A DNA stretch of 64,000 nt from an uncultured delta proteobacterium (GTDB lineage Bacteria; Desulfobacterota; Binatia; Binatales; Binataceae). Positions 10,083 through 19,840 of this stretch are shown here, piece after piece. The stretch lies in NCBI GenBank assembly GCA_963755905.1, contig CAVWLM010000002.1, forward strand, positions 672,944 through 736,943, given 5' to 3'. Position 1 is the stretch's first letter; each line of letters begins with the position of its first letter. The notes below the pieces were generated by a model, which saw only the letters and a program-made list of their open reading frames with translations, was not told where the DNA came from and did no database searches. Position numbers and translations under genes: made by a program.

Positions 10083-10483
10083 GGCACGTACCGTGCACTA
10101 ACGGCGCACGACAGTCAAGCGACGCTGTACCTATCAACAGCCGGTGGATTCGGAGAAGACACACCACTTCAATGGCGCTGCCGGTTGGAGCAAACTCAAG
10201 CAAGAGGCCCAAATATATGAGCACATGGAATTGTTCAGAACCCGGCTGCGATCGCGAGATAGTTGATACGACGTTTCGAAACGAAGAGGCTCTCGTCGAG
10301 CAAGGCAAACCCTTGACGCGAAAGCCCCTAGCGGTCGAGCGCATCTTTTCCGGAAAATGCCCCAAGCATGGAGACGTACTGGTGACTCGAGAGGGGCACC
10401 ATGTGTCGAGCGGCGAGGCCGTCGGATACGAGATGCGCGAGGAGTCGGCTGCGATCACCTTAGCCGTGCGCAACAAGCACTGA
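10064..10483 (+). CDS. Hypothetical protein (possible CxxC...CxxH zinc-binding; likely starts at internal Met ~10217)
   Basis: ORF-track only. No recognisable family. Immediately precedes the IS3 insertion. Confidence 0.25.
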   Translation: MLGCPARHVPCTNGARQSSDAVPINSRWIRRRHTTSMALPVGANSSKRPKYMSTWNCSEPGCDREIVDTTFRNEEALVEQGKPLTRKPLAVERIFSGKCPKHGDVLVTREGHHVSSGEAVGYEMREESAAITLAVRNKH

Positions 10484-10739
10484 CGCCCGAGGAGCGCATC
10501 GAGGCCGCGCGCAAAGCCGTGATGGGCCACGTGGGCGAAGGCGAAAAAGCGGAAGAAATGAAGCACGTTGGGCTGAATTCTATCTGTTGCTCAACGACGT
10601 TCCGGCAGCCTCTGACTGCCTAGGAATAATCGCTCGATTCAACGTCCGGGAAATTGATTGGCAGTCTGCCCTGGCCTTGCCCCTCCGAGTATCCCGTTGC
10701 TGAGTTAGTACCGGGGGACGTCTGAGCCACTTTTGTTTC

Positions 10740-11696
10740 CTAATACAGTTTTTCGGCCCAGCCTTCACCGGATTGAGGCTGGGACAAAAAACTGTCTGAT
10801 TTTGGAATCGGGACCGCCGCGCGTTGCAGCGCGCCGGCCAGCATCCCTTTTGCTGGCCAAGCGTTGCGCGCGGCGGGCGCGCTCCCTGTTTGTCCGGTGC
10901 TGGCGGCGAACTCTTCAGGGGCCAGATAGCCGAGACTCGAATGCGGCCGTTCGCGGTTGTATTGCACGCGCCACTGCTCGATCCGCTGGCGCGCATCGGC
11001 GAGCGAGACAAAGACCTGCTCGTTGAGGCATTCATCGCGCAGGCGGCTATTGAAGGATTCGATGAACGCATTCTGGATCGGCTTGCCCGGTTCGATGAAC
11101 TGTAGCCGCACGCCGCGTCGATAGGCCCACTCATCCATCACCAGGCCGCGGAATTCCGGGCCGTTGTCGGACTGAATAACTACCGGGAGGCCGCGCACTT
11201 CGCACAAGCGTTCCAGTACCCTGGTCACCCGCTCACCCGTTAACGACGCGTCGACCTCGGTTGCCAGGCATTCCCGACTGAACTCATCGATGACCGCCAG
11301 CACCCGAAAGCGCCGGCCGTCGAACAGCGCGTCGTGAACGAAATCAGCCGCCCACGTGTGATTTAGCGCTTGCGGCCGTTCGCGCACTACGCGCAAGTGG
11401 CTGAGCCGTTTGCGCCGCCGACGCCGGCGCAGTGAGAGTCCTTCTTCGCGATAAAGCCGCTCAACGCGCTTGTGATTGACTTTGAAGCCCTCGCGCAGGA
11501 TTACCCGATACAACATTGGACAACCCCAGCGCCGCCGCTCTTCGGCCAACGCTCTCAAGCGCTGACGCAACTCCTCGTTGCGATCGGGCGCCGGTGTTCT
11601 GCGCAAGCTGCGCCGAGTGATTGCGATCAACCCGCAGGCGCGACGCTGCGACAGATCGTGGCTCGCCATCAGATACGCCACCATCTCACGCTTCAC
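10740..11696 (-). CDS. IS3-family transposase OrfB (DDE/rve integrase core)
   Basis: [65 protein letters not shown]. Confidence 0.9.
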   Translation of the reverse strand: MKREMVAYLMASHDLSQRRACGLIAITRRSLRRTPAPDRNEELRQRLRALAEERRRWGCPMLYRVILREGFKVNHKRVERLYREEGLSLRRRRRRKRLSHLRVVRERPQALNHTWAADFVHDALFDGRRFRVLAVIDEFSRECLATEVDASLTGERVTRVLERLCEVRGLPVVIQSDNGPEFRGLVMDEWAYRRGVRLQFIEPGKPIQNAFIESFNSRLRDECLNEQVFVSLADARQRIEQWRVQYNRERPHSSLGYLAPEEFAASTGQTGSAPAARNAWPAKGMLAGALQRAAVPIPKSDSFLSQPQSGEGWAEKLY

Positions 11697-11971
11697 CGCG
11701 GGCCGTAGCCGTTTTTTGCCAGCACGTCCTTGAGCGCCCGGATGTCCAGCGCCTGGTCGGCGACGATCCCCTTAAGCCGCCGGTTCTCTTCCTCGAGCTG
11801 GCGCAGGCGCCGCATCTCCGAGACCTCAAGTCCGCCGTACTTGCTGCGCCAGATGTAGAACGTCGCATCCGAGATCCCGTGCCGCCGGCACAGCTCCGTC
11901 ACTTTCTCTCCGCTCTCGGCTTCCTTCAGAATCGCGATGATCTGCTCTTCGCTGAATCGTGCCCGCTTCAT
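11693..11971 (-). CDS. IS3-family transposase OrfA (HTH)
   Basis: [21 protein letters not shown]...[22 protein letters not shown], followed by a leucine-zipper-like [14 protein letters not shown]. Confidence 0.9.
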   Translation of the reverse strand: MKRARFSEEQIIAILKEAESGEKVTELCRRHGISDATFYIWRSKYGGLEVSEMRRLRQLEEENRRLKGIVADQALDIRALKDVLAKNGYGPR

Positions 11972-12208
11972 ACCTGCCTTCCTTTTCCGACAGGTACTAA
12001 CTTCTAGCTGGGTTACCTCTGAGGGTTAAGGCCACCCCCCTTAACTTCAATGACGCGGCCCACGAATGGCTTAAGGATCAGCGTAAGAAAGCAATCGACG
12101 AATTCACCCTGATAATGGCGGCCCTCGCCGTACTATTCGCGGGAATTGCTGCGTTCCGCTGCTGAAGGGGACGACCGCGCCGACACTCACAGAAGGGGAG
12201 CAAAGTGA

Positions 12209-12364
12209 AGCTATTTATAGTGGGTCTCGGGCTTGCCGCGATATGCTACTTCATTCCGACCCCTTGGATTGGCGACCCTCATCAAGCAATGGCGGGCGGT
12301 GTAATAACAGGGATGCTCGTTGCACATCTGCTTGACGCATACGTTTCTGCACGCAACGAATAGG
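12209..12364 (+). CDS. Small hydrophobic protein (51 aa), not in ORF track
   Basis: RBS GAAGGGGAG then GTG. Peptide VKLFIVGLGLAAICYFIPTPWIGDPHQAMAGGVITGMLVAHLLDAYVSARNE. Lower-GC patch between the IS and the att repeat. Confidence 0.25.
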
Positions 12365-12844
12365 TCGTTCACTCACACATCCGCGCCTCAAAAGGAAGAC
12401 AACGACCTAGCACACAGGCGGGTCTTCGTCCTTAACTTCGGGCCGCTGCAGGACCCGAGGACGAGGGGCGGACCCTTTGGTAATGAAAACGGGGTTGCTC
12501 GGTGTCGGAAGCTCTTTCCTGTCGTAGAGGTCTTTCCGCTCTTCTAAGGGTTTCCACCTGTCTTTCATGGCTTAGATTAAGGCAACTGGAACGGCACCTT
12601 TCAATCGGTTGTCGGATCTCGCATCCACAGTGTCGTGTCAGTGCAGTACCTGACATCCTCAGGTAATCCGACCTAACTTCGTCCGCGCATCAATTCTTCG
12701 GCAACTCCGGCAATCCGGCCGCATGGCGAACCGTGACTGCCGCGTCTTTCAGGAACTGTAGCGTTGCGCTGAGCACTGTGGTCGGAGGGTGGCCTGACGT
12801 CGGGATTGTGGCGCGTCAAATAGTCCACGTTGTAGTGCGCTTGA

Positions 12845-13141
12845 TCAATGATTTTCGAGCGCGGCAGGTTCCAGGCGCTCCGCAATGATAGGTAACTGTG
12901 AATCCCAGATGGATCTGCGAAGCCTAGACCGCAGAGAGATGTTCGAATTTGAGATCATGTCGAAGACTAGCTTTTCGTTTCCTTCCAACTCGACGAGTAG
13001 TGCGCGAAGCGCCTGATAGCCGCGCTGGCGGAACTCTCGCTCCTGCAGCTCTAACATTGAGCTACGGGTCATCCGTGCGCCGACAACACTGCCAATCAGG
13101 CCGCCGATCAGAGCGGAGAATACGTTCCACAGAATAGACAT
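12845..13141 (-). CDS. Hypothetical protein with N-terminal TM helix
   Basis: MSILWNVFSALIGGLIGSVVGA... then a charged helical region. ORF-track only. Confidence 0.3.
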   Translation of the reverse strand: MSILWNVFSALIGGLIGSVVGARMTRSSMLELQEREFRQRGYQALRALLVELEGNEKLVFDMISNSNISLRSRLRRSIWDSQLPIIAERLEPAALENH

Positions 13142-13333
13142 CAGGGCTGCGCCCGAGACCTTGGTGACGGTGGTGACTCAGGTGACTCCGTTTTCCTCTG
13201 TCCGGGATAGGAATATCCTTAAAACCCGTCTCCCGCACAAAACCCGCACAATTCGTCCGATCCGACGCTTTCTATCGCCGCGCACTTAAGCTGGCACTCT
13301 CCTATAAGTCCTTGAATCTATTGCTAAATTCGA

Positions 13334-13388
13334 TGGTGCCGAGGGCGGGACTTGAACCCGCATGTGCTTGCGCACGGAGGATTTTGAG
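13334..13388. repeat. Left att repeat: exact 55-bp copy of the 3' half of tRNA-Leu(CAA)
   Basis: tggtgccgagggcgggacttgaacccgcatgtgcttgcgcacggaggattttgag is identical to 28237-28291. Diverges immediately outside. Confidence 0.85.
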
Positions 13389-13908
13389 ACCGTTCAAATA
13401 CGAGAACCATAACAGCCGGCTACATAATCCATTAGCAAATACTTAGAGTTTTTCCCTTGCAGTATGTCGCCAGTTGCTACGGTTTGCGACTGGTATCTGG
13501 ACAAATCCTTGACAATCAAAAAATCGATTTTCCCAGGGATACAGTCAACGTCACCAACATCACCAACATCACCAACGCAGAGAGGCCGAAGACGCGAGGG
13601 TGAAAGTGCGCATTTTCGCTGTCTCCGGTACGAGACTTGCTTATGGCGACCTTTGTCGATTGGACAAAGGACAGTGAATCCTCTGCGTCGCGAAAATGCC
13701 TTGAATTACAAAGCGAACTAGGTGCTTGTCAAGGATTTGTACAGGCTACAGCGTGACCGGCGATAGGGGTTGAGAACTGGTGTGAGCTTGTGCGGCAGTC
13801 TGGCGCAGAAAGACTCACTCAGCTTTCGACTGAGTGAGTCATCCGCACGGCGAGTCAGGTGAGTCCTTAGAACCGCTCGCCCGCGCGACGTTGTGAAACA
13901 CTGCGCAA

Positions 13909-14754
13909 CTATTGCTTGCGCAGCGGGACTACCGTTCGCTCGGTCGGCCGGGCGGCGAGGTAGCTGTCACGGCGCTCGACGGCGGCGGCCAGGTCGCTCT
14001 CGCTCACAATGTTATAGCGGTCGAAGATCGATCGCGTCTTGTGGCCCGACAGAGCCATCGCCACGCGCTCAGGGATGCCGGCGCGGACCATGTTGCGCAC
14101 GCTGGATCGACGCAGGTCATGGACGAGTAGCTTTCCGAGCCCCGCCTTGGTGCAGGCGGCGGTCCACGCCCCGCGGAAATCAACGATGGGACGGCCGGCA
14201 TCGTGAAACACGAAGGGGCAGTCGAGGCGACGAGCAGCGGCAGCCCTGGCCATCACGTCGGCGAGCTCGCCAGAGAGTGGTAAGACGCGCCCCGCCGCAT
14301 TCTTGCTCTTTTCCGGTCGAAGGCGCACCTGGCCGTCGACCACGTCGCGCCACTCAAGGGACTTCATCTCACTCACGCGCCAACCGGAAAGATACAAGAA
14401 GGTTATGGGATCGCGCAGGCGCTCGGGCAGAGCGTCGCGTAGGGCGACGAAGTCGCTGTGCTCGACGAATCCAGTGCGCGCGTTCCGTTCCTCGAGCATC
14501 GCGACATGAGGCGCGCGCCCTAGGCGCTCAGCGTGGACAGCAATCGCGAACGCTCGCTTCAGGGCTGCTAATTCGCGATTTACAGTGGCATTGGCGGCGC
14601 CGGCCTCGCGGCGGTTTGCCACGTACCCAGCAATGCGGTCGCTGGTGATGTCGACAGCGCGGTCGAGTCCGAAGGCCCGGGTTAAATGCTTCAGAGCGCC
14701 TTCGATTCGCCGGGTGGAGCGCCGCTCATTGACCTTGTACTCGTCGCGTAACAT
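13909..14754 (-). CDS. Tyrosine recombinase / phage integrase (P4-type); N-terminal arm-binding domain continues upstream to ~14966 across an apparent -1 frameshift
   Basis: Catalytic domain with R...HDLRRS...R...Y (HDLRRSSVRNMVRAGIPERVAMALSGHKTRSIFDRYN). Upstream in another frame: MNKKGTGSLILRGST then WIRFGNRGREYRESSES..AVARRLLKKRLSEIG. The start at 14966 follows RBS GGAGGA. A G appears lost in TGGTGG near 14920. Confidence 0.85.
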   Translation of the reverse strand: MLRDEYKVNERRSTRRIEGALKHLTRAFGLDRAVDITSDRIAGYVANRREAGAANATVNRELAALKRAFAIAVHAERLGRAPHVAMLEERNARTGFVEHSDFVALRDALPERLRDPITFLYLSGWRVSEMKSLEWRDVVDGQVRLRPEKSKNAAGRVLPLSGELADVMARAAAARRLDCPFVFHDAGRPIVDFRGAWTAACTKAGLGKLLVHDLRRSSVRNMVRAGIPERVAMALSGHKTRSIFDRYNIVSESDLAAAVERRDSYLAARPTERTVVPLRKQ

Positions 14755-14962
14755 CTCTGCGAGATCTTCGAATCGCAGGCGTTCTTCGGCGTGGCCGAGG
14801 AATTTACCGTGTTTTCCAATTTCCGAAAGGCGTTTTTTTAGCAGCCTACGGGCTACAGCTTCTGAGGAGCTTTCCGACGATTCACGGTACTCTCGGCCGC
14901 GGTTTCCGAAACGAATCCACAGGTCGAGCCGCGTAGGATCAAGCTGCCGGTTCCTTTTTTGT

Positions 14963-15271
14963 TCATCTGCTCCTCCGCTGTTCCTTTTCGGCGACGAGAA
15001 TCCCTTCGTTCGTCAACTCGATGACGGCGACGTTGACGGCGTCATCGATGCCACGGGTTACTTTCGCCAGGCCGCGATCAGCGAGCCGCCGCGCCGCCTT
15101 TGAGACGGCTGCACTTACGGCGTTGTAGCGCGCGATGCGCTTTTTTCTGAAGGACCATCCAGGCGTCGTGCGTGAGCGCGGCATGCTGTAGTAGTCGGTT
15201 TTCACTTCTTCGAACGTAACGCACGCGTCGTATCCGCGGTCGGCGTTTTGGTCGGCGCGCGCAAGATCCAT
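14963..15271 (-). CDS. Hypothetical protein immediately upstream of int (stop overlaps int start, ATGA)
   Basis: Internal Met of ORF 14963..15481 (MDLARADQNADRGYDACVTFEEV...). No family recognised. Confidence 0.3.
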   Translation of the reverse strand: MDLARADQNADRGYDACVTFEEVKTDYYSMPRSRTTPGWSFRKKRIARYNAVSAAVSKAARRLADRGLAKVTRGIDDAVNVAVIELTNEGILVAEKEQRRSR

Positions 15272-15413
15272 CGTTGCAGGTCGCTTAAACCTCGCCCCAT
15301 ATCTATTGGCTATACCTTTTCTAGCGAGACAATGCAACACTGCGAAACCCCGTGTACGGCTAAGGGCTATACTTCTACTTAAGGCACACCCGGAATGAAG
15401 TAGCGTCGGGCGC

Positions 15414-15620
15414 ATGATGAACGAACGGGCAGCGCGTGAGCGGCGGTTGTCGATCGACGAAGTTCTGGACCGAATCTTCAACGTGACGGGAAAGCGGCCA
15501 GACCGGGTGACAGTCTGGCGTTGGGTCCAGCGCGGGGCGATGCCGGCGCCGGCTCGACTAGGCCTCCGGCGAATTTATTGGCGTGAGAGTGAAATTGACG
15601 CTTGGCTGGCTTCGCGGTGA
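15414..15620 (+). CDS. AlpA-family phage transcriptional regulator / excisionase-like HTH
   Basis: 68 aa. RLSIDEVLDRIFNVTGKRPDRVTVWRWVQRGAMPAPARLGLRRIYWRESEIDAWL is the canonical AlpA pattern (...RW..G.FP....G.R...W...I..W). Confidence 0.75.
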   Translation: MMNERAARERRLSIDEVLDRIFNVTGKRPDRVTVWRWVQRGAMPAPARLGLRRIYWRESEIDAWLASR

Positions 15621-15920
15621 TCACGCTCGACGACATCGCAAAAGGCGCCGATATCAGCACCTTGTCGCGCGATCAGGTCGCTGGACTGCTCCATCGCCTG
15701 GCAGCCGCCCAGACGCGCTTGGCGACAGCGATCGTCAAATCGAGCGGCCAGGCCGAGGATCGTCTCCTGAATGTTGACGAGGCCGCTCAACGGCTTGGTG
15801 AGACCCGGAATGGCTCTACCGTCGATCCAAGTCGTTGCCCTTTGTCGTCAGACTCGGTGGCCACGTTCGCTATAGCACCCGAGGCATCGACCAGTTCATA
15901 GCGACCAGGAAGGGGCGTTA
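15602..15920 (+). pseudogene. Excisionase-family HTH DNA-binding protein, split by a frameshift in a CCC run (~15804)
   Basis: Frame 1 ends ...LLNVDEAAQRLGE. The +1 frame continues ...PEWLYRRSKSLPFVVRLGGHVRYSTRGIDQFIATRKGR*. Its TAA overlaps the ATG of the next gene at 15921 (TAATG), so the shifted frame is the ancestral one. Confidence 0.5.
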
Positions 15921-17490
15921 ATGGACCGACGTCCGGTAATCGTTGAAGCCGGTCGGCTGCCTTACCTGACGGACTTTGCCGAGCAGGTGCTCGTCGACGG
16001 CTACCGTGAACACCTTGTCTTTCAACGCGCCGGCATGGTTTTCCGCATCGCGAAGGCCGATCCGAGGAAGAACAAACTTATCGTCCGTCCAGACGGTGCC
16101 CTGATTCTACACAGGGTGACCGTACCCACGCTGGAGGACATTCTCGACCGAGCCATTCGATGGCAGGTCCGGATTAAGGACGGAACGAAAGACATAAACC
16201 ATCCAGGGAAGCTTGCCGCCCGCCTTCTCTCGCGTGCCGGTCTTTGGAAGCTACCCCCGCTCGTCGGAATCATCAAAGCGCCTATCATGCGGCCCGACGG
16301 CTCATGTTTAGCGCCAACGGCTATGACGAGAAGACTGGTCTGTATCTTGAGTCCGAAATCGAATGGCCTGCTAGGCCCGCGCCGTCGCTGGCGGCCGCCC
16401 AAGCTGCCTTAAAGTGCCTGATGGAGCCTTTTTCGGAATTCCCCTATTCGAAGGAGACGGGCATCTCAGTTCTGATCAGCGGAATACTGACAGGCCTGCA
16501 GCGTCGTCTGCTCGAATCGGCGCCTGCGCATGGTTTCGATGCGAGCGGACAGGAATCCGGTAAGACGCTGCAAACGGACTGCATCTCGCGTGTGGTAACC
16601 GGACTCGACACTCCGACGATGACTTTCGATACTGACGAGAAGGAGTTTGCGAAGAGGCTCTTTGCGTCACTTCTCGAGGGCGATCCCTCCATCCTGATCG
16701 ATAACATCACACAACCACTTGAATCCGACACTCTGGCGCAGATCGTGACAGGACCAGCTACAAGGCTCGGGTCCTCGGGGTGAGCGAAAATGAAGCTGTT
16801 CCGACCAACGTCCTAATCCTCCTGACGGGCAATAATCTCGCTCTAAGCAAGGACATGCCATCGCGCGTCATCGTGAACCGACTCGAACCGAACACCGAGC
16901 GGCCAAGCGAGCGCCCTTCCGGATCGCGGATCTAAAGGCGCACGTCCTAGAGCGGGCGCTCCGAACTGGTGACGGCGGCACTGACTATCCTGCAATCCTA
17001 TTTCTTTGCAGGTCGACCGTCGCAAAATCTGAAGCCGTGCCGTTTTCCGCAGTGGTCACGTGAAATTCGCGAGGCGATGGTTTGGGCGGGCCTACACGAC
17101 CCTTGCGAGACCCGCGATGACATCACGGCGACCGATCCCGAACGCGAAGCGACCGTGGCTTTGCTCGAAAACTGGTATGCCGCAGTTGGAACCACCGAAA
17201 TCACGACAAGGCGACTCATCGACGAAGCCGACCGCAAAGATGGTGATGGCAAGCTTGTCGGTCTCGAATTGCATGACGCAGTTTTGCAGGTTGCTTCTGA
17301 CTATAAGAACCGAGAGCAGATCAGTCCGTACCGACTGGCGAAATGGTGCCGGGATCACGCCGGTAAGGTTGTGGGTGAGTACAAGCTAATTCGGTGCGGT
17401 GCGCACCATGCCGGTTTTCAAAACTGGCAGGTTATGCTCGTCGGTCAACAACAGGCAGCAATGGAAGAGCAGGTAATAAGGGAGTTTTGA
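15921..17490 (+). pseudogene. Primase/helicase-like replication protein (P4-alpha/D5-like P-loop NTPase?), fragmented by at least 3 frameshifts
   Basis: One continuous protein can be read across ORFs 15921-16412, 16244-16783, the 16783-16969 gap (...ENEAVPTNVLILLTGNNLALSKDMPSRVIVNRLEPNTERP...) and 16969-17490. It carries a degenerate Walker-A-like SGQESGKT. Frameshifts near 16290, 16780, 16925 and 16960. Confidence 0.45.
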
Positions 17491-17493
17491 ACA

Positions 17494-17945
17494 TGAACAT
17501 CGAAGAACTATCAGCGATTGAAACTGAAGAGGGCGTGGAGTTCTCGCTGAAGCCAGACGACAAAATCGCCGTCAAAGGAAAAGCTGCCGGGGTAGATCGA
17601 GCTCTTGAGCGCATCGCACCCCATCGCGACGAGGTAGCGGCCGTGCTACGCGAGCACCGGCCCGCCGATGAGCCTGTTGTCGAGCGCGTGATCTCGTCGA
17701 ATGTTCTTAGCCTAGCGGTTCAGCGTGAGAACTATATCAAGTTCTTCACCGCGAGAAGTGAGTATTGGCATCCCTCAGCAGAACAACTTGACCTGATGTT
17801 CTCGGTCCTTGAGGAAGGCGACGAGGTGCTGCCGGACTTTGCGCATTCTTTCAGCGTTCGGCGACGAAATGGTTCGATCGTTCAAGTCAACCGCAAGGGT
17901 CGGACGTCCAGTCCGTATTCTCCCGCGGTTGTACGGAAGGAGTAG
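17494..17945 (+). CDS. Hypothetical protein
   Basis: RBS AAGGGAG upstream of ATG 17494 (MNIEELSAIETEEG...). No family recognised. Confidence 0.4.
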
Positions 17946-18008
17946 TAGCGTGGCGGTCCAGCCAAAGCCCCGAAGTGGTTCACAATCGAGAAGTCGCTCA
18001 TCGCACGG

Positions 18009-18350
18009 ATGGAACGGTGGATAGAGGAGCAGGACATCACGGAGGTGTCGGTCGAAAGGCATTGGGGACCCGCGTATGACTACATCCAGCGGTTCCTTCC
18101 TTCCGTCGCGGAAACCAAAAAGATTGAAGGTCTCGGCCGTGATTCGGTGTGTTGGCTGACCGAGCATGTGCTTACGCACGTTCTCATCGGCGGTGCAGAA
18201 GATTGCACCTTCTGTCATCCAGGCCGGCCACAGGACAATCCTCGATGGTGGCTATATATCTCCGCCATCGTTCACCATCGAAATGCGTTGCGGGCGCTCA
18301 AAACATCGATCTTGCGAGGCGACGTTGAGCCCGATACCGAGGCTGCGTGA
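18009..18350 (+). CDS. Hypothetical protein
   Basis: ORF-track. Several Cys/His (CWLTEH, CTFCHPG). Overlaps the next gene by 4 nt. Confidence 0.35.
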   Translation: MERWIEEQDITEVSVERHWGPAYDYIQRFLPSVAETKKIEGLGRDSVCWLTEHVLTHVLIGGAEDCTFCHPGRPQDNPRWWLYISAIVHHRNALRALKTSILRGDVEPDTEAA

Positions 18351-18577
18351 CCGCCGCCGAAATGGCACACCCCCAAGGTGTTACCTTTCCGAATATGTCC
18401 GATTCGCGCCCAACCGCATTGTTTTTATCGATTCCGCGCGCCGCAAAAAGTGCGGGCGTTGGGCTTAAGCGAATGAAAGCAGCCGCGATCGCGGGTCAGA
18501 TACCCAGCATAATGATCGGCCGTCGGCGGATGATTCCGCGTCGCGCACTCGAGCGCTTAGCAAGGATCGAGAAGTGA
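18347..18577 (+). CDS. Excisionase-family HTH DNA-binding protein
   Basis: FLSIPRAAKSAGVGLKRMKAAAIAGQIPSIMIGRRRMIPRRALERL follows the pattern LLTV.EAA..LGVS..T.YRL...G.LPA.KIGRR..I....L..FL. Confidence 0.55.
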   Translation: MTAAEMAHPQGVTFPNMSDSRPTALFLSIPRAAKSAGVGLKRMKAAAIAGQIPSIMIGRRRMIPRRALERLARIEK

Positions 18578-19677
18578 ATATCCAAAAGCTCTTCGAAGAG
18601 CTCGATGCGCGTCACTACGCCAGCAAAATCAGCAGCGCCGGCTTTAGGGTCGAAATGCGCGAGCTCATCAGGAAGATTAGCCATACCGAATTTTATGGCA
18701 CGACTGGATTCTTCGAGGTCGGGGGCACGGAACTCGGCTACTGCATTTTTCCCGCGAAATTGATCGTTATCAATCGGCACCTGGGGCGCCTGCCATTCGG
18801 CCATGACCGTGAGACTGCTATCCGCGCCACGCTACTACACGAGATGGCTCATGCGCACGTCGAATCTCAGCAGCGCACGCGCCGGGTGGCAACGATCACG
18901 GGCGCCGATATCTCGACGAGCTACGCCGCCTCGTGCGCGCCGGCGAAGACTGCCTCAAGGGGCATATTGCGTTACGAAATAGCCCGAGCGCTTCGAAACT
19001 TATGGAGGTTCCCTGATGGATTTTTCAGCATTCGACGATCTGCTCGACTCCGCGGAACTAGACCCGCGCCGCGGATGAAGAAGGCGGTGCATGAAATCCT
19101 TAAGTTTGAAATGCAGCACGTACCGGCCGCTATCGCCGTCGAGATGACGAGCTCGCGGCTTAAGACCTTGGGTAAGGCGCTAGTCGAGATCATCGAAGAC
19201 CGCGACACGCGCAAATGGGTCGATGTCGTTTACGATCTGCGCGACGAGCTGCGACGGGCGATTGCACAAGAGCGAGAATCCGGACGGCTGCAGCCGTGGA
19301 GTGCCGATAAGGAGATCAAAGACCACCTAGCCGAGTTAGCAGCAAAGGGCTGGTCGGGCCGCATCGTGGAACATCTTCGTGCCTTGCTTCGCAAGGGCGA
19401 GCTCCTGCAATCCGTTGAATATTTCGCGATTATGACCAACCAACGGCGGCTGGAACGCACAGCCATCAGGGATGCTGGCAGGACCGTCACTGAGACGAAC
19501 GATCGAAACTATTCCGCACAGTTTCTGAGCGACAACACAGTGCGCCAGCTTGAATCCGATGCTGCCGAGCGTGCATCCCGCGCAAACGTCCCGCCGTGGA
19601 GCCAAAATTACAATCATGACCTACCGCGCCGGCATCGGTGGATGGTGGCAGCAATCAGCCTGGGTGCGGAACATTGA
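18574..19677 (+). CDS. SprT-like zinc metallopeptidase-domain protein (HEMAH); C-terminal half may be a separate gene or out of frame
   Basis: N-terminal ...GTELGYCIFPAKLIVINRHL...RETAIRATLLHEMAHAH matches the SprT-like fold (Gly-Cys, Ile.Ile/Leu, HExxH). An alternative frame after the HExxH reads ...GNDHGRRYLDELRRLVRAGEDCLKGHIAL, suggesting a frameshift. A second Met at ~19075 (MKKAVHEILKFEM...) could start an independent gene. Confidence 0.5.
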   Translation: MNIQKLFEELDARHYASKISSAGFRVEMRELIRKISHTEFYGTTGFFEVGGTELGYCIFPAKLIVINRHLGRLPFGHDRETAIRATLLHEMAHAHVESQQRTRRVATITGADISTSYAASCAPAKTASRGILRYEIARALRNLWRFPDGFFSIRRSARLRGTRPAPRMKKAVHEILKFEMQHVPAAIAVEMTSSRLKTLGKALVEIIEDRDTRKWVDVVYDLRDELRRAIAQERESGRLQPWSADKEIKDHLAELAAKGWSGRIVEHLRALLRKGELLQSVEYFAIMTNQRRLERTAIRDAGRTVTETNDRNYSAQFLSDNTVRQLESDAAERASRANVPPWSQNYNHDLPRRHRWMVAAISLGAEH

Positions 19678-19840
19678 AAATCAACATCGCTTCTGTACTC
19701 ATACCGATTCATAGCGGCGGACCCGCGTCGCGAAATACTCCGCGAGTCCGTGGAAACGCGGTCGACGTCATTCAAATCCCGATTCAAGATCGGAGGAATA
19801 CGCAAATGAACAATGACAAAAGATCGCCCAAAACTGCGGC

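Larger units (their letters stand above)
10701..12006 (-). mobile_element. IS3-family insertion sequence (IS407-like), complete
   Basis: orfA (HTH) and orfB (DDE integrase core) overlap by 4 nt in the -1 frame, with an A-rich slippery run (GGCAAAAAAC). Imperfect terminal inverted repeats share AGTTAGTACC (10703-10712 and reverse complement at 11993-12002). Boundaries are approximate. Confidence 0.8.

Noticed and set aside
13893-14648. 251-aa plus-strand ORF
   Set aside because: It is antisense to the tyrosine integrase and extremely Arg-rich. It is an artefact.
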